Shown here: one piece after another, positions 63,122 to 64,000 of the stretch
Position numbering within the stretch: position 1 is the first letter of the stretch
Layout of the letters: every line of letters begins with the position of its first letter
Virus record (IMG/VR): IMGVR_UViG_3300032083_003484
Coordinates: 12,685-76,684 of that record
Reading direction: 5' to 3' (one strand)
Source of the DNA: a virus
Length of the DNA stretch: 64,000 nt
Translations under genes and position numbers: made by a program
Notes under the pieces: generated by a model
The model's input: the letters and a program-made list of their open reading frames with translations, nothing else
What the model was told of the DNA's origin: nothing
Databases searched by the model: none

Positions 63122-63553
63122 TTACTCAAACTCCAAACTGTTTGTTTCAGCATTGTAAAGACAGTAGATGTTTTTTGCCAGCCATAGATCCACAATGGTT
63201 TCCGGGTTGACTTCTTCGTCGTTTAGATACCACCACTTGTCTCCGCTGGCTAACTCAAGAGCAGGGCCATCTTCACGGTGGAGATCTCCGTTTAGCCACC
63301 ATTCTTTGCCTCCGTTGGACCTTTCAATAGCAGGGCCATCTTCACGGTGGCGCTTTCCGTTTAGATACCAGTATTTGGTTCCGTTGGCCCATTCAATAGC
63401 AGGACCATCTTCACGGTGATACTTTCCGCTTAGATACCATTCTTTGGTTCCGTTGGCTAACTCACGAGCAGGGCCATCTTCCCGGTGATACTTTCCGTTT
63501 AGCCACCATTCTTTGGTTCCGTTGGCATAGGTTTTACATTCAGGTTTATTCAT
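63122..63553 (-). CDS. HREDGPA-repeat protein, class B (4 repeats)
   Basis: 143 aa. Confidence 0.88.
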   Translation of the reverse strand: MNKPECKTYANGTKEWWLNGKYHREDGPARELANGTKEWYLSGKYHREDGPAIEWANGTKYWYLNGKRHREDGPAIERSNGGKEWWLNGDLHREDGPALELASGDKWWYLNDEEVNPETIVDLWLAKNIYCLYNAETNSLEFE

Positions 63554-64000
63554 TTACTCAAACTCTAAACTGTCTGTTTCTTTATTGTAAATGCAGTAGA
63601 TGTTTTTTGCGAGCCATAGATCCACAACGGTTTCCGGGTTGACTTCTTCGTCGTTTAGATACCATCTTTTGTCTCCGTTGGCATACTCACAAGCAGGGCC
63701 ATCTTCACGGTGGCACTTTCCGTTTAGGTACCACACTTTGTATCCGTTGGCAAACTCACGAGCCGGGCCATCTTCACGGTGGTACTTTCCGTTTAGATAC
63801 CACCATTTGTCTCCGTTGGCCCTTTCAATAGCAGGGCCATCTTCACGGTGGTACTTTCCGTTTAGATACCATTCTTTGGTTCCGTCGGGCCATTCACAAG
63901 CAGGACCATCTTCACGGTGATACTTTCCGTTTAGCCACCATTCTTTGCCTCCGTTGGCCCACTCAAAAGCAGGGCCATCTTCACGGTGGTAGTATCCGAT
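63554..64000 (-). CDS. HREDGPA-repeat protein, class B (>=5 repeats; start lies beyond the window)
   Basis: Frame stays open to 64000 (IGYYHREDGPA...); the track shows only the last 60 aa. Confidence 0.85.
   Translation of the reverse strand: MGYYHREDGPAFEWANGGKEWWLNGKYHREDGPACEWPDGTKEWYLNGKYHREDGPAIERANGDKWWYLNGKYHREDGPAREFANGYKVWYLNGKCHREDGPACEYANGDKRWYLNDEEVNPETVVDLWLAKNIYCIYNKETDSLEFE

Noticed and set aside
53897-63920. Plus-strand AGPSSRW-repeat ORFs
   Set aside because: Antisense read-through of the HREDGPA repeats, without RBS or promoter support
57069-64000. 69-bp repeats as CRISPR or as DGR template/variable repeats
   Set aside because: Repeats are in-frame coding units. No reverse transcriptase is in the window, and variation comes as reused multi-base blocks rather than adenine-only changes. 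An RT elsewhere in the genome cannot be excluded.
1-64000. Alternative genetic code (stop recoding)
   Set aside because: Long genes are intact under the standard code; TAA, TAG and TGA all end coupled genes; no credible suppressor tRNA

Overview
This is a 64 kb segment of a large T4-like (myovirus-type) bacteriophage genome, with almost all genes on the minus strand. 1-21 kb is a baseplate/tail module: a >2850 aa virion protein running off the window and absent from the ORF track, gp6-, gp25- and gp5-like genes, and a tail-associated peptidoglycan hydrolase. A gp55-like late sigma factor follows. 22-34 kb is a sugar-nucleotide and glycosyltransferase cluster (gmd, split transketolase, NodZ-like fucosyltransferase, GT4/GT2) with a very AT-rich core. 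34-48 kb holds auxiliary genes: Cas4/RecB-like nuclease, PIN-PhoH, PMM, tilS with tRNA-Ile2, tmRNA, an RNA-ligase-like/HIGH nucleotidyltransferase fusion, SLT, uvsE and an M15 endolysin. 49-53.5 kb is a block of genes behind late-type promoter motifs that share an MK(I/L)xK..L..(I/L)(I/V)xEE N-terminal tag; it includes a complete ECF sigma factor, and next to it a lipoprotein with a FrpC-like self-processing (Asp-Pro clip-and-link) module. 54-64 kb is an early/accessory region. It contains 10 of the 11 copies of a 37-bp ECF-type promoter (TGTGGATAAGATCC-N10-CGTCTAACTAATG, which embeds a DnaA box), promoter-plus-small-gene cassettes, canonical and aberrant tRNAs (a D-armless 8/4 tRNA-Arg(UCU)-like RNA and a G3.U70 minihelix), two HNH genes, and ten paralogous genes built from shuffled 23-aa HREDGPA repeats. 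Leading hypothesis (inference): a late-made, capsid-packaged ECF sigma factor is injected with the DNA and switches on a dedicated early regulon. All assignments come from reading motifs by eye; no database searches were run.
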